In this document: piece after piece, positions 1 to 9,786 of the stretch
Numbering within the stretch: the first letter of the stretch is position 1
Layout: each line of letters opens with the position of its first letter
Assembly (NCBI GenBank): GCA_965227775.1
Contig: OZ245777.1
Span: forward strand, 160,001-224,000
Direction of reading: 5' to 3'
DNA from: Phycisphaerales bacterium
Lineage (GTDB): Bacteria; Planctomycetota; Phycisphaerae; Phycisphaerales; UBA1924
DNA: 64,000 nucleotides
Notes under the pieces: generated by a model
Databases searched by the model: none
The model's input: the letters and a program-made list of their open reading frames with translations, nothing else
What the model was told of the DNA's origin: nothing
Translations under genes and position numbers: made by a program

Positions 1-2
1 TG

Positions 3-338
3 ACGATCGTCGCACTGGCGATCGATAACAGCGGGTGGTTCGGCTTCCAGCAGACGTGGTGGTGGACGCTGGCGGCACCTGTGGCGATCTACTTTGCCGG
101 CCAGGCGGTGGACGATTACCTGCTCACGCCAGCCATCCAGGGCAAGGCCACGAACATGGACACGCCCACGATCTTGTTCGCCTCGCTGGCCGGCGGCATC
201 CTGGCCGGCGTCTACGGCCTGCTGCTTGCGATCCCCGTCGCCGCGTGCGTCAAGATCCTGCTGCGAGAGGTGTTCTGGCCTCGTTTTAACGCGTGGCTCC
301 GGGGCGAGGAGAAGGATTTCTTGCCGCTCAAGCGGTAG
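3..338 (+). CDS. AI-2E family transporter (PerM-like), C-terminal part; 5' end lies outside the window
   Basis: Frame open from base 3; LLTPAIQGKATNMDTPTILFASLAGGILAGVYGLLLAIPVAACVKI fits the AI-2E C-terminal pattern. Confidence 0.8.
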   Translation, partial: TIVALAIDNSGWFGFQQTWWWTLAAPVAIYFAGQAVDDYLLTPAIQGKATNMDTPTILFASLAGGILAGVYGLLLAIPVAACVKILLREVFWPRFNAWLRGEEKDFLPLKR

Positions 339-402
339 GGTTGGCCGATGTCTCTAAGCGCATCGGCGTTCGACAATCCGTCTCTAATTCGGGGGTAGCA
401 AC

Positions 403-735
403 ATGAGCCAGGTTCCGCCAACCCAGCAGGGTCCCGCTGCCGCGGATCCGAGCGCGGTCCGCACCGCGATCCTCGTTTCGGCGATCTTCAACATCATCTC
501 GGCGGTGAGCTGGGCCTTCACCTGCGTGGGCATCGTGCTCAGCGTGCCGCTGGTGATCCTGGCGGTTTTCGAGATCATGCACTTCAACGCGCTCGGAAAG
601 CCGCCTTATGGCCCCAAGCGCGGCCGGGCCCAGTTGCTTGGCATCCTGGAGATCTGCACGATCCTCGCGGGGAACCTCGTGTCGATGATCTGCGGCATCA
701 TTGTGCTGGCGATGCTCGATAAAGTGCGCGACTAG
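403..735 (+). CDS. Small hypothetical membrane protein (about 3 TM helices)
   Basis: 110 aa ORF with hydrophobic segments and GC3-biased codons. Confidence 0.7.
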   Translation: MSQVPPTQQGPAAADPSAVRTAILVSAIFNIISAVSWAFTCVGIVLSVPLVILAVFEIMHFNALGKPPYGPKRGRAQLLGILEICTILAGNLVSMICGIIVLAMLDKVRD

Positions 736-1328
736 GTACGCGGCTCACGGCGACGCCGGGCGAACACCAGAAGCCCGCCCAGTACGGCAATCGATGCCGG
801 TGCGGGGATGACGCGAATGGTTGCCTCCCCTTCGACCACGTTGCCGAGATAGCTAACTGTCTCAAGTGACTCGGGCATGAAGTAGACGTCGAACTCTGTT
901 GTGCGCGTCGTTAGATCAACGTTGAAGCCCGATGCGACGAACGCAGGCGCCGTATACGTTGCTTGCCAGAACGCTATCGGGTTATCGCGGAGCGGGCATC
1001 TCGGCGCAGTCGCACACAAGTTGACTTGCCACGCGAAGATGCCATCGACGCCCGTCACTGATGCCTCGCCAGCGGACGTAGCCACGAAGTCCATCGGCGG
1101 GATGAGTTCAAAGCCGGACCACCCCTCGGAGCCGACGCTGGTCCAGAGATTCGTCTTGGTGCGCGCGAACGCAAACTCGTGCTCGGGCCATGCCGCCCAG
1201 AGCGTGACAGTCGTGCTCTGACCGGGCAGCAGCGTGTCGCCTTCGATATCGATGAGGATGGCCGAACCGGGCGTCTGGGCGAACACCGGCGCGGTTAGTG
1301 CGAGCAGGAAGATGGCTGCGGTTCGCAT
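732..1328 (-). CDS. Secreted protein with PEP-CTERM-like (IPAP) sorting tail
   Basis: Signal peptide MRTAAIFLLALTAPVFA-Q; C-terminus VIPAPASIAVLGGLLVFARRRR. Confidence 0.85.
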   Translation of the reverse strand: MRTAAIFLLALTAPVFAQTPGSAILIDIEGDTLLPGQSTTVTLWAAWPEHEFAFARTKTNLWTSVGSEGWSGFELIPPMDFVATSAGEASVTGVDGIFAWQVNLCATAPRCPLRDNPIAFWQATYTAPAFVASGFNVDLTTRTTEFDVYFMPESLETVSYLGNVVEGEATIRVIPAPASIAVLGGLLVFARRRREPRT

Positions 1329-1340
1329 TGGTTTCTTCTC

Positions 1341-1922
1341 TCACCTGCGACGACGGCGGGCAACCGCGAGGCCGGCCAGCACGATCGCGCTCGCTGGAGC
1401 GGGGATGACTCGGATGGTGGCGTTGCCCTCGGTGAGCACGTCCATCAGGCTCTGTGTCTCGGCCGAAGCGAACTCGATGTAGACCTCGAACATGCTGGTC
1501 TGTGTCGTCAGATTGATGTCAAAGGGCTCAGCGATGTCGGAGGGCGCGGTGTACGTGCCCTGCCAGAACAGGATGGGGTTTGGATCTGGCGGGACGCCGG
1601 TCGAGGGAAAGTTGAGCTTGCCTGCAAGAACTCCTTCGATGCCAAGGGGCGTGAGCGCTCCGGCAGATGTGCCCGGCCCATCCATAGGGGCAATCAGTCT
1701 CAGGTCGCTCCAGCCATCACTGCCGGTGGAGATGAGCAGGTCCGTGCCGACGCAACACATGGCGAAGCCCTCGTTCCAGAGTGCGGCCATCGTGACCGTC
1801 GTGCTCTGGCCGGGCAGCAGCGTGTCGTTGTCGATGTCGAAGACGATCTCGGCGCTGCTGGTCTGGGCCAGGGCCGGGGTAGTGGCGGCAAGCAGCAGGA
1901 CGTAGGCAGTCGTACGGCGCAT
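1341..1922 (-). CDS. Secreted protein with PEP-CTERM-like (IPAP) sorting tail; paralog of 732..1328
   Basis: ATG at 1922 with GAGGAG RBS; signal peptide; shared DTLLPGQSTTVT and LIxPMD blocks; tail VIPAPASAIVLAGLAVARRRRR. Confidence 0.85.
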   Translation of the reverse strand: MRRTTAYVLLLAATTPALAQTSSAEIVFDIDNDTLLPGQSTTVTMAALWNEGFAMCCVGTDLLISTGSDGWSDLRLIAPMDGPGTSAGALTPLGIEGVLAGKLNFPSTGVPPDPNPILFWQGTYTAPSDIAEPFDINLTTQTSMFEVYIEFASAETQSLMDVLTEGNATIRVIPAPASAIVLAGLAVARRRRR

Positions 1923-1944
1923 GGGGCTCTCCTCGCTTGGGTAG

Positions 1945-1973
1945 AAGGTACCTGAAAGCGAGGGGCGATGCAA
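1945..1973 (-). promoter_or_regulatory. Putative sigma-70 promoter for the PEP-CTERM pair
   Basis: TTGCAT-N17-TACCTT on the minus strand, just upstream of the RBS and ATG at 1922. Confidence 0.4.
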
Positions 1974-2036
1974 GGGGTTTTTGTGTGGGCCGTCGCCCCG
2001 CCCACGCGGGAGATCCAAGGCCCTGGTTTTGCTCGG

Positions 2037-3545
2037 CTACCTGCGCTTCTTGCGCTGCTTGAAGCCCTTGGGCTTGCCGCCCTTAGTGCCCTTCTTTCGC
2101 GCGATGCTGGGCATCATTGAAGCGGCCGCGGCGGCGTCGCTCCCGCCGGCGGCGCCCTGGGCCATGTGGGTCATGGTGCTCATCTTGCTTCGGGCGCTCA
2201 TGTCGCCCATGCCCTTGGTGAGCTGGTTGATGGTGTTGAACTGCTTGACCAGCTTGCCGACGGTTTGCTGATCGACGCCCGCCCCCTTCGCGATGCGCCG
2301 CTTGCGGCTGTTGTCGATGAGCTTGGGCTTCTTGCGCTCCTGCTCGGTCATCGACTGGATCTGGGCCTCGACCCTGTCGAGTTCCTTGTCGTCGATGTTG
2401 ATGTCCTTGAGCGAGGCGCCCACGCCGGGGAGCATGCCGAGTACCTGCTTCATGGGCCCGAGCTTGCGGATGGTCTTGAGCTGCTTCAAGAAGTCGTCCA
2501 TGCCAAGCTCGCCGCGCATCATCTTGTTCTGCAGCTTCTCGGCTTCCTCCTCGGTAACCTCCTGCTGGGCCTTCTCGACGAGCGAGACCACATCGCCCAT
2601 GCCCAGGATGCGGCCCGCGAAACGCTCGGGGTGGAAGGGCTCGAGCGCGTTCAATCCCTCACCCGTGCCCACGAAGCGGACGGGCGCGCCCGTGACTTCG
2701 CGCACGCTCAGGGCCGCACCACCGCGGGTGTCGCTGTCGAACTTGGTGAGGATCACGCCGTCGATGCCGAGCTGCTCGTGGAAGGCCTTGGCGCTGCGCA
2801 CCGCGTCCTGGCCTGTCATGCTGTCGACGACGAGGAAGATGTAGTGCGGGTTGCACGCGGCCTTGACCTTCTTGAGCTCGCCCATGAGGTCGTCGTTGAC
2901 GTGCAGGCGGCCCGCGGTGTCGAGGATGGCCACATCGCTGGCGTTGGCGCGTGCCTGCTTAAGCCCTCGCTTGCAGACGTCGACGGCCACACCCACGCGC
3001 TCGCCATAAGCCCCGATCTGGTCGAGCTCGCCGTGGAAATTGACGGGGGCGCTGCCGGGCATCGAGCCCGCCTGCGCAGCGACTGTCTCCAGCTGCTCGA
3101 CGGCGGCGGGACGCTGGAGGTCGGCGGCGACAAGAGTGGAAGACAGGTCCTTCTTGCGGAGCCACGCGGCGATCTTGCCGCAGGTGGTCGTCTTGCCGCT
3201 GCCCTGCAGGCCGCACATCATGATGACCGTGGGACCGGGCGACACGGTGTGGATGCCCGGGTCGCTGGCCTTGCCCGGCTCGCCGCCCAGGAGCTCGACC
3301 AGGCGGTCGTGGACGATCTTGATCATCTCTTCGCCGGGCTTGACGCTCTCGGTGACCTTCTGGCCCAGGGCGTCCTGCACGACCTCGCTGGTGAACTTTT
3401 CGACGACCTCGAGCGCGACGTCGGCCTCGAGCAGGCTCTCGCGGACTTGGGCCATCGCGTCGCGGACGTTCTTCTCGGAGATTGACCCCTGGCCGGAGAG
3501 GTTGCGGAGCGCGGACTGGAAGCCTTCTGTGAGTCGTTCGAGCAT
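2037..3545 (-). CDS. ffh: Signal recognition particle protein Ffh
   Basis: GLQGSGKTTT, DLQRPAA, DTAGR, TKFDSDTRGGAALS, FHPERFAGRILGMGD and a Met-rich M domain. Confidence 0.97.
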   Translation of the reverse strand: MLERLTEGFQSALRNLSGQGSISEKNVRDAMAQVRESLLEADVALEVVEKFTSEVVQDALGQKVTESVKPGEEMIKIVHDRLVELLGGEPGKASDPGIHTVSPGPTVIMMCGLQGSGKTTTCGKIAAWLRKKDLSSTLVAADLQRPAAVEQLETVAAQAGSMPGSAPVNFHGELDQIGAYGERVGVAVDVCKRGLKQARANASDVAILDTAGRLHVNDDLMGELKKVKAACNPHYIFLVVDSMTGQDAVRSAKAFHEQLGIDGVILTKFDSDTRGGAALSVREVTGAPVRFVGTGEGLNALEPFHPERFAGRILGMGDVVSLVEKAQQEVTEEEAEKLQNKMMRGELGMDDFLKQLKTIRKLGPMKQVLGMLPGVGASLKDINIDDKELDRVEAQIQSMTEQERKKPKLIDNSRKRRIAKGAGVDQQTVGKLVKQFNTINQLTKGMGDMSARSKMSTMTHMAQGAAGGSDAAAAASMMPSIARKKGTKGGKPKGFKQRKKRR

Positions 3546-3654
3546 GTCTGTCCTTCGGGCGGCCTTTCGAGAATCCCGGGTCGGCGAGCGATACAGCGGG
3601 CGGTGGAGATTGTAGAGGGTACCGGCGGGTGCGCTTGTCCTACCGTTTGCCCGG

Positions 3655-5358
3655 ATGGATACCGCGCCAACGCCTGCCGACGCCTCCGAACGCACCGTCC
3701 GCCCCGCGCCACAGCGCCCGCTGCGCCTGGCCGCCATCGACGTGGGCACAAACTCGATCCGCCTGCTCATCGCCGAGCGCGACGACGAGGGCGGCTACCG
3801 CGTGCTGGACGAGGAGAAGGTCAGCCCGCGCCTGGGCCACGGCATGGCCGAGACGGGCCTGATCGCCCCGGACCGAATGGAGGAGGCCATCGACGCGGTA
3901 GAGCGGATGAAGCAGATCGCACTGGGCTACGGCGTGGCTGAGGTCCGAGTGATCGCGACCAGTGCCGTCCGCGAGGCCAGCAACGGGCACGAGTTCGTCA
4001 ACGGCGTGCAGCGGCTGAGCAACCTGCGGACCGAGGTCATCGGTCACGAGGACGAGGGCCGCTTGGCGCACAAGAGCGTGGCGGCGGCGTTCGACGTCAC
4101 CAATCTGCCCTTCGCGGTCGCCGACATCGGCGGCGGCTCGACCGAGGTCGTCTTCAGCCGCGGCGGCGCCGTCGAAAAGGTCGTCGGACTCAAGCTCGGC
4201 GCGGTGCGCGTGTCGGACATGTTTGGCGGGGCGGGCGCCAGCGAGCCCAAGGCCTTCGACGAGATGCGCCAGTACCTCAAGGGAGCCATCGAAGCCGCCA
4301 TCGGCAAGATGCCGCTCAAGCCCAAGGTGCTGTTCGGCACCGGCGGTACGTACGGTGCGCTCGCGTCGATCCAGATGGCTAAGGACGGCGTGAGCGCCGA
4401 CAGCGTGCAGGGACACCGCCTGGCCCGTGAACAGGTGACCAAGACGCTGACGAAACTCCGGAGCGCGCTCGAGAAGGGCGAATCGGTCGCGGGGCTGAAC
4501 AAGGACCGCTACGACATCATCCTGCCCGGTGCGGCCATCGTCGAGGCGCTCATGAAGACGCTGAAGGTCGACGAGCTGGTCGTGCACGACCGCGGCATCC
4601 GCGACGGGCTCATGCTCTCGATGCTCGAGGGGCACACCGCGGCCACGCGTGGACGCGGCGCGCCACCGACCGCAACGCCTACGCGCATCTCGCTGGGAAG
4701 CCGGGCCGAGAGCGTCCGCCGCTTCGCTCGCAAGTGCCGCTACCACGAGGCGCATAGCGAGCACGTCACGCAGCTGGCACTCGAGATCTTCGACGAGCTG
4801 CAGCAACAGTTGCCGGCCATCGCTAAAGAACTGGGCAAGAAGCACCCCAGCCACCCGCTCGCGCTCGACCACGAAACGGCCATGGACGACGATGGAAGGG
4901 CCGTGCTCGAGGCCGCCGGCGTGCTGCACGACATCGGCTACCTGGTGAACCACAGCAAGCACCACAAGCACAGCTACTACATCATCGCCAACGGCGAGTT
5001 GGACGGGTTCACGCCAAGAGAGCGCGAGCTGATCGCCAACATCGCGCGCTACCACCGCCGAAGCCACCCCAAGAACAGCCACGAGCCCTACGCCGCGATG
5101 GACAACCACGACCGCAAGATCGTGCGTCGCCTCGCGGGCATCTTGCGCGTGGCCGATGGCCTCGACCGCACGCACACGCAGGTCGTCGAGCGTGTGGCGG
5201 TCACGATCGAGGCACGCGACGGCGCCGACCACCCCAACACCGCGACATTCACTATTGAGTCGCCCAGCGACGTGAGCACGGACGTCTGGGGCTCGCAGCG
5301 CAAGTCCGAGCTTTTTTGCTCTGTGTTCGGCCTGCGAACGGCGTTCGAGGTGGCGTAG
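3655..5358 (+). CDS. ppx: Ppx/GppA exopolyphosphatase with HD domain
   Basis: AAIDVGTNSIRL, ATSAVREASNG, DIGGGSTE, GIRDG, LHDIG and LRVADGLD motifs. Confidence 0.93.
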   Translation: MDTAPTPADASERTVRPAPQRPLRLAAIDVGTNSIRLLIAERDDEGGYRVLDEEKVSPRLGHGMAETGLIAPDRMEEAIDAVERMKQIALGYGVAEVRVIATSAVREASNGHEFVNGVQRLSNLRTEVIGHEDEGRLAHKSVAAAFDVTNLPFAVADIGGGSTEVVFSRGGAVEKVVGLKLGAVRVSDMFGGAGASEPKAFDEMRQYLKGAIEAAIGKMPLKPKVLFGTGGTYGALASIQMAKDGVSADSVQGHRLAREQVTKTLTKLRSALEKGESVAGLNKDRYDIILPGAAIVEALMKTLKVDELVVHDRGIRDGLMLSMLEGHTAATRGRGAPPTATPTRISLGSRAESVRRFARKCRYHEAHSEHVTQLALEIFDELQQQLPAIAKELGKKHPSHPLALDHETAMDDDGRAVLEAAGVLHDIGYLVNHSKHHKHSYYIIANGELDGFTPRERELIANIARYHRRSHPKNSHEPYAAMDNHDRKIVRRLAGILRVADGLDRTHTQVVERVAVTIEARDGADHPNTATFTIESPSDVSTDVWGSQRKSELFCSVFGLRTAFEVA

Positions 5359-6348
5359 GTGGCAGGCGACACGGCCCGCATGCGCGACGCGATGCTCGCG
5401 GCCGATCTCGCCATGCTGCCAGAAGCGGTGCGGCGATGGCGCCCCATGGACGACATCCGATCGGCGCGAGCCAAGTGGATCGACGAGCAGCTCGCTTGGT
5501 GCGACGACCGCAAGGTGGCGGTCAACCGCGCGACGAACTTCATGGTTGGCGCGCCGCGCGACTTCCTGAACGTCGTCATCGACGTGGCAGGAGCGCAAAC
5601 GTTGTGCGGCATCCGGCACTACGGGGGCGATGGGAATCGACCGTTCGTTGACCTGGTGGCTACGACCGATGCGGACGCGTGGATGGGTGATCGTCTTGGC
5701 CAGACCGCGAGCGCGGCGATGGCGGCGTATCCGGCGTTCGAGCCGCCGATGGTGCGGATTCCCGTCGCCGGCAGCACGCCCCCACCGCTGCCCGCCGGCT
5801 GGGTCGCCGAGGTCGACCAGGCCCTGGTCGGCGCAACCATCGACGAGATGCTCGAGCGAACGCCCGCGGCCGAGTTGCCGCTGGTCGTGCTGCGAGGCGC
5901 GACGGTCGACGACGCCATGGAGTTCGAGGCCGACAGCTACGACGCGTTCCAGGAACGCAACGCGGCCCTGCAACGGATCATCCGCCCGTCGGGCCGCGAC
6001 GAGATCGAGGCGTGCGCAGCGGATGGACGCGTGCTGCACTGGTTCCTGCAGGACGAGCCGGATACGCCCGCGGGCTTGCTGTGCGTCCAGCGGATCGACT
6101 TCCAGGCGATGGACGGGTACCTCGTGGTCGAGGAGTGTGTCGCCGGGTGGGCGGCCGGCCGGCGATCCGCGGCCGCCGCGCAGCGTGAGCTCGCCCGCTC
6201 GCTCGTCGCCGACGACGGGGCGAACGCCTCGCTCCCGATGTTCGGCACCATCATGGGCGAGAACGCGCCCAGCCTGGCCACCGCTCGTCGCGCCGGGCGC
6301 GAGACGATCGGCGCGGTCTGTTTCCTCCGGCACCGCAGCGCCCGCTGA
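5359..6348 (+). CDS. Hypothetical protein, possible C-terminal GNAT-like fold
   Basis: GTG directly after the ppx stop; C-terminal FGTIMGENAPSLATARRAG resembles the GNAT N-x-x-S motif B. Confidence 0.55.
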   Translation: MAGDTARMRDAMLAADLAMLPEAVRRWRPMDDIRSARAKWIDEQLAWCDDRKVAVNRATNFMVGAPRDFLNVVIDVAGAQTLCGIRHYGGDGNRPFVDLVATTDADAWMGDRLGQTASAAMAAYPAFEPPMVRIPVAGSTPPPLPAGWVAEVDQALVGATIDEMLERTPAAELPLVVLRGATVDDAMEFEADSYDAFQERNAALQRIIRPSGRDEIEACAADGRVLHWFLQDEPDTPAGLLCVQRIDFQAMDGYLVVEECVAGWAAGRRSAAAAQRELARSLVADDGANASLPMFGTIMGENAPSLATARRAGRETIGAVCFLRHRSAR

Positions 6349-6654
6349 GGGCGCGAGGCCAGAACCGCCAAATCTTCACAGTCGGGCTATTTCTGTTCTG
6401 TGGCGACTCGACCCCGGCTATCTCCGTCCGAGGCGGGATCTGCAATGAGATCGCCAACGCCATCGGGTATCTAGGTAGAAACTATGCCGTCATGAGGCCG
6501 TACACCCTTATGAGCCCGGGGCTTGCCCGAATCGTGGGGCTCGTGCGGGGGTGGGGATGGGCCCTTCTCCGAAATCGAAGCGGTCCGACGGCGGACCATC
6601 CGGGTCGGCTCTGAAGCAAGCCACCAGCCTCCCGGCACGCAAGGGAGGACCTTC

Positions 6655-8334
6655 ATGCGCGCCACTCGTCATTCGAGCCTTGGCACCACACGCAACCCCA
6701 GTCGCCGCACGGCCGGCACCGTGCTCGCCGTCGCGGCGCTGACCGCGCTGGGCAATACCGCGCTCGCCGATGACCTGCTGGTCCCCAGCCAGTACCCAAC
6801 CATCCAGGCCGCGCTCGACGCGGTCACCGCCGGCGACACGGTCGTGCTCGCGCCGGGCGTCTACTCGGGCGCGGGAAACGAGGCGTTGCAGATGCCCAGC
6901 GTCGCCTTCACGTTCCGCGGCGAGACTGGCGATCCGGCCGATGTCGTCATCGAGGGCCCGTCCGATCCGTACATCCGCGTTATCCACGCGATGGACTTCG
7001 GGGCGGGCGCTTCGGGCACAAGGCTCGAAGACCTGACGGTCACGGAGTTCAGCGGGGTCGACGGCGGCGCCATCCGCGTCAATGGTGCCGACCTCTGGTT
7101 CGACAACTGCGTCTTCTCCGGCAACACCGCCGGCAACATGGGCTGCTTCTCGAGCGGCTATGGCGGCGCGTTCTATACCACTGGTGGCGAGCTGCGGTTT
7201 ACCGACTGTGTGATCCGCAACAACTCTGCCTACGACGAAGTGTGCAGCGGCCACGGCGGCCGGGGAACGGGCGGCGGCATCTACGCGCGCGGCACCAGCC
7301 TCGTGTTCGAGCGGTGCCTGATCGAGAACAACCGCGCGGGCGGCTACAGCGGCGGCGACGGCGCGGCCATCGGCGCCACGTCGTCGACGGTGACCCTCAT
7401 CGACAGCACGGTCCGCGGCAATATCCTGGGCGGAACGGGCGGCGGCGGCGGCGTGTCGGCCAACCGCGTCGTCTCGATCAACACCGACTTCATCAACAAC
7501 CGCGCCTCGGGCGTTGAGGGCACGGGCCGGGGCGGCGCGATCACGGCTCAAGAAGTCACGATCATCGGGGGTAGCTTCGTCGGCAACATCGCCGGGAGCG
7601 ACTCGTACGGCTCACGCGGCGGCGCGATCAACGGCCGGATCGTCGACATCACCAACGCCGTGTTCACCGAGAACCGCCTTGCGTCCTACCCCGGCGAGCC
7701 CATGCAGGGCGCCGCGCTCTACGTGCAAGACGGTGGCACGCTGACCAACGTCACGTTCGCTGGCAACACGGGCGCCGTCGACGGTGAGGCGGTCTACGCC
7801 CTCCAGGGCGCCCTGGACCTGCGCAACTGCATCGTCGACAACGGCGACTGGCTGGGCGTGGACACGGCCACCGTCACCGCCACTTGGTCGTGCATCGTCG
7901 GCAGCTACCCGGGGGCGGGCAACATCGACGCCGACCCGATGCTCGACGCCGGGTACCGGCCCATGGCGGGCTCGCCGGTGATCGACGCAGGCAACACGAT
8001 GCTGCTGCCAACCGACGTGTTTGACATCGACGGCGATGGCGACGTGAGCGAGCCCATCCCCTTCGACGCCGCCGGCCTGGCGCGGGCGGTCGACGATCCG
8101 GCCACGCCCGATACGGGCGTCGGCTCGCCGGTGGTCGACATGGGCGCGTTCGAGGTGCAGAGCGTGTGCCGGGCCGACTTCGACGGCGACGGCGCGCTGA
8201 CGATCTTCGACTTCCTGGCGTTCCAGAACGCGTTCGATGCGGGCGACCTGGCGGCCGACTTCGACGGCGACGGCAGCCTGACGCTGTTCGACTTCCTGGC
8301 GTTCCAGAACGAGTTTGACGCGGCGTGTGCGTAA
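6655..8334 (+). CDS. Secreted right-handed beta-helix (pectin-lyase-fold, GGAI-repeat) protein with choice-of-anchor-like segment and GC-type dockerin
   Basis: GGAGG RBS; signal peptide; VPSQYPTIQAALD; repeated GGAI/GGGIY and FxxN; GSPVIDAG...DMGAFE; duplicated ADFDGDGxLTxFDFLAFQNxFDA. Confidence 0.88.
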   Translation: MRATRHSSLGTTRNPSRRTAGTVLAVAALTALGNTALADDLLVPSQYPTIQAALDAVTAGDTVVLAPGVYSGAGNEALQMPSVAFTFRGETGDPADVVIEGPSDPYIRVIHAMDFGAGASGTRLEDLTVTEFSGVDGGAIRVNGADLWFDNCVFSGNTAGNMGCFSSGYGGAFYTTGGELRFTDCVIRNNSAYDEVCSGHGGRGTGGGIYARGTSLVFERCLIENNRAGGYSGGDGAAIGATSSTVTLIDSTVRGNILGGTGGGGGVSANRVVSINTDFINNRASGVEGTGRGGAITAQEVTIIGGSFVGNIAGSDSYGSRGGAINGRIVDITNAVFTENRLASYPGEPMQGAALYVQDGGTLTNVTFAGNTGAVDGEAVYALQGALDLRNCIVDNGDWLGVDTATVTATWSCIVGSYPGAGNIDADPMLDAGYRPMAGSPVIDAGNTMLLPTDVFDIDGDGDVSEPIPFDAAGLARAVDDPATPDTGVGSPVVDMGAFEVQSVCRADFDGDGALTIFDFLAFQNAFDAGDLAADFDGDGSLTLFDFLAFQNEFDAACA

Positions 8335-8341
8335 GGCGCGC

Positions 8342-8732
8342 GTCGGGCGGGCGCCCACGGTTGACGCCTGCGCGGAGCCGTCGCGAGGACGCGACGACTG
8401 CGCTTCGGCTCGACCAAGGGTGGTGCTCTATGGCGCTCGCGGACTCGCTTCTCGGCCTTCGGCCGGGCCGCGGGGCCGGCCTCGACGGGGACATGCGCGG
8501 AAGACCGCGGATGCCCCGTCGCACGCGCACCGTGTCCGACGCCGCAGCATCCGCCGAGCCGGTCTTCCGGCGAAGAGCGCATGCGGAGGCGCGGCGGCCC
8601 CCGGCCGCCCGGGCGCAGCCCGCAAGCGAGTCCGCGAGCGCCACAGAACACAACTCTTGAGCAAGCCCCGGCGCAGCGACCCTGTCCTCAGGGGCGCTCC
8701 GCCGGGGCGTCGAACATCGGCGCTCCGCCGAC
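8342..8732. repeat. ~390-nt imperfect inverted repeat (fold-back element; REPIN/MITE-like or structured RNA)
   Basis: Perfect 20-bp arms at 8431-8450 and 8624-8643, plus many nested complementary blocks from the ends to the centre. Confidence 0.8.
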
Positions 8733-8759
8733 TCGAAACACAAACATATCGCAGCCGAC

Positions 8760-9479
8760 TTACGCCGCCTGCTGATCCCCCGACCCATCCAAGCCCTCCG
8801 GGCTCCCACCGCCGGTCGGCTCGCCCTGGACCTGCTGGCCGCTGACCTGATTGGCCGCGCCGAACTGCACGGCGTACTGGCCGGGGTTGCCGGTGCGCGT
8901 GGCGGTCTGGGCGGTCACGCGGTAGGCGACCTGGCTGGTCCCCAGCGGGATGCTCGCGTCGGTGAACCGGCGCTCCAGGGCGCTCATCAGGAACTCGAAG
9001 GCGCCCTGGGCTCCCAGGCGACGCTCGACGATGTAGTTGGCGACCGTGACGCGCGGCGGGTTGGGGCAGTCGAAGCTGACTTCGATGGCCCCGTTCTGCA
9101 GGAGCGAGACCTCAAAACCCTCGGGCGTGCCGGGGGCGGGGGTCGGCGAGCGGTCGGCGGGGGCCGGGATGCCGGCGTCCTCGTAGACCGTTGCCGGCTC
9201 GGCGCTGCCGCGTGCGAAGGTGCGGATGCGCTGGACCTGGAGCGAGGCGAACTCGCGCATCGCGTCGGCCGCGCTGTTGAACGAATTTGTCGCGCCGCGC
9301 GCCGCATCGCGGCTGTTGTTGCGCGTCTGCTGGCGGGTCTGGGCCGTCTGCGCCAGGCCGGCCAGCTCGGTGACGGACGCCGCGTCGAGGCCGATGCTAT
9401 CGGGGTCGGCGGTCCACTGGGCGATGTGATCGACGACCCAGGTGAGTGCTTCGTCGTTGCTTTGTGGGATGGTGCTCAT
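8760..9479 (-). CDS. Hypothetical protein: helical N-terminus, Pro-rich linker, fibronectin type III-like C-terminal domain
   Basis: ATG at 9479 after AAAGGCAGG; Ala/Gln-rich helical region; PAPGTP linker; YIVERR, FTDASIP and YRVTA pattern. Confidence 0.7.
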   Translation of the reverse strand: MSTIPQSNDEALTWVVDHIAQWTADPDSIGLDAASVTELAGLAQTAQTRQQTRNNSRDAARGATNSFNSAADAMREFASLQVQRIRTFARGSAEPATVYEDAGIPAPADRSPTPAPGTPEGFEVSLLQNGAIEVSFDCPNPPRVTVANYIVERRLGAQGAFEFLMSALERRFTDASIPLGTSQVAYRVTAQTATRTGNPGQYAVQFGAANQVSGQQVQGEPTGGGSPEGLDGSGDQQAA

Positions 9480-9786
9480 GATTGGCCTGCCTTTGCGCTG
9501 ATGGTGCGCTCCGAGTTGAGATCGACATTGGCGTGCCAGACGAGCCGGGCCGCCGACGGCTGCGAACGAAGGTCGTGCATCGGGTGCACTCCTGCGTTGT
9601 GGCCGGTCGCGAGCGAGAACATCGTGCGGGCGGTCGGCCTGGATGGACTCGACCGGAGCCAACGGCGGCCCGGTCCGATCATGCATCGGGGTGATTCGGG
9701 GGCCGCTTCATTGGAAGTTGGATGGCCTGCGCCGATTTTCGGCCGGAAGCACGCCGAACCGCCCTCAGGGCCTCTCAGAGAGGTTG

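Noticed and set aside
3546..3654. SRP RNA next to ffh
   Set aside because: No GGAA-loop helix 8 motif; the region is a short divergent promoter
8172..8320. Direct repeat GCCGACTTCGACGGCGACGGC...TTCGACTTCCTGGCGTTCCAGAACG as a DGR template/variable pair
   Set aside because: It is the internal dockerin duplication; differences are not adenine-specific and there is no reverse transcriptase in the window
8342..8732. Integron attC interpretation of the long palindrome
   Set aside because: Much longer than attC sites, no clear RYYYAAC/GTTRRRY ends, convergent flanking genes and no intI
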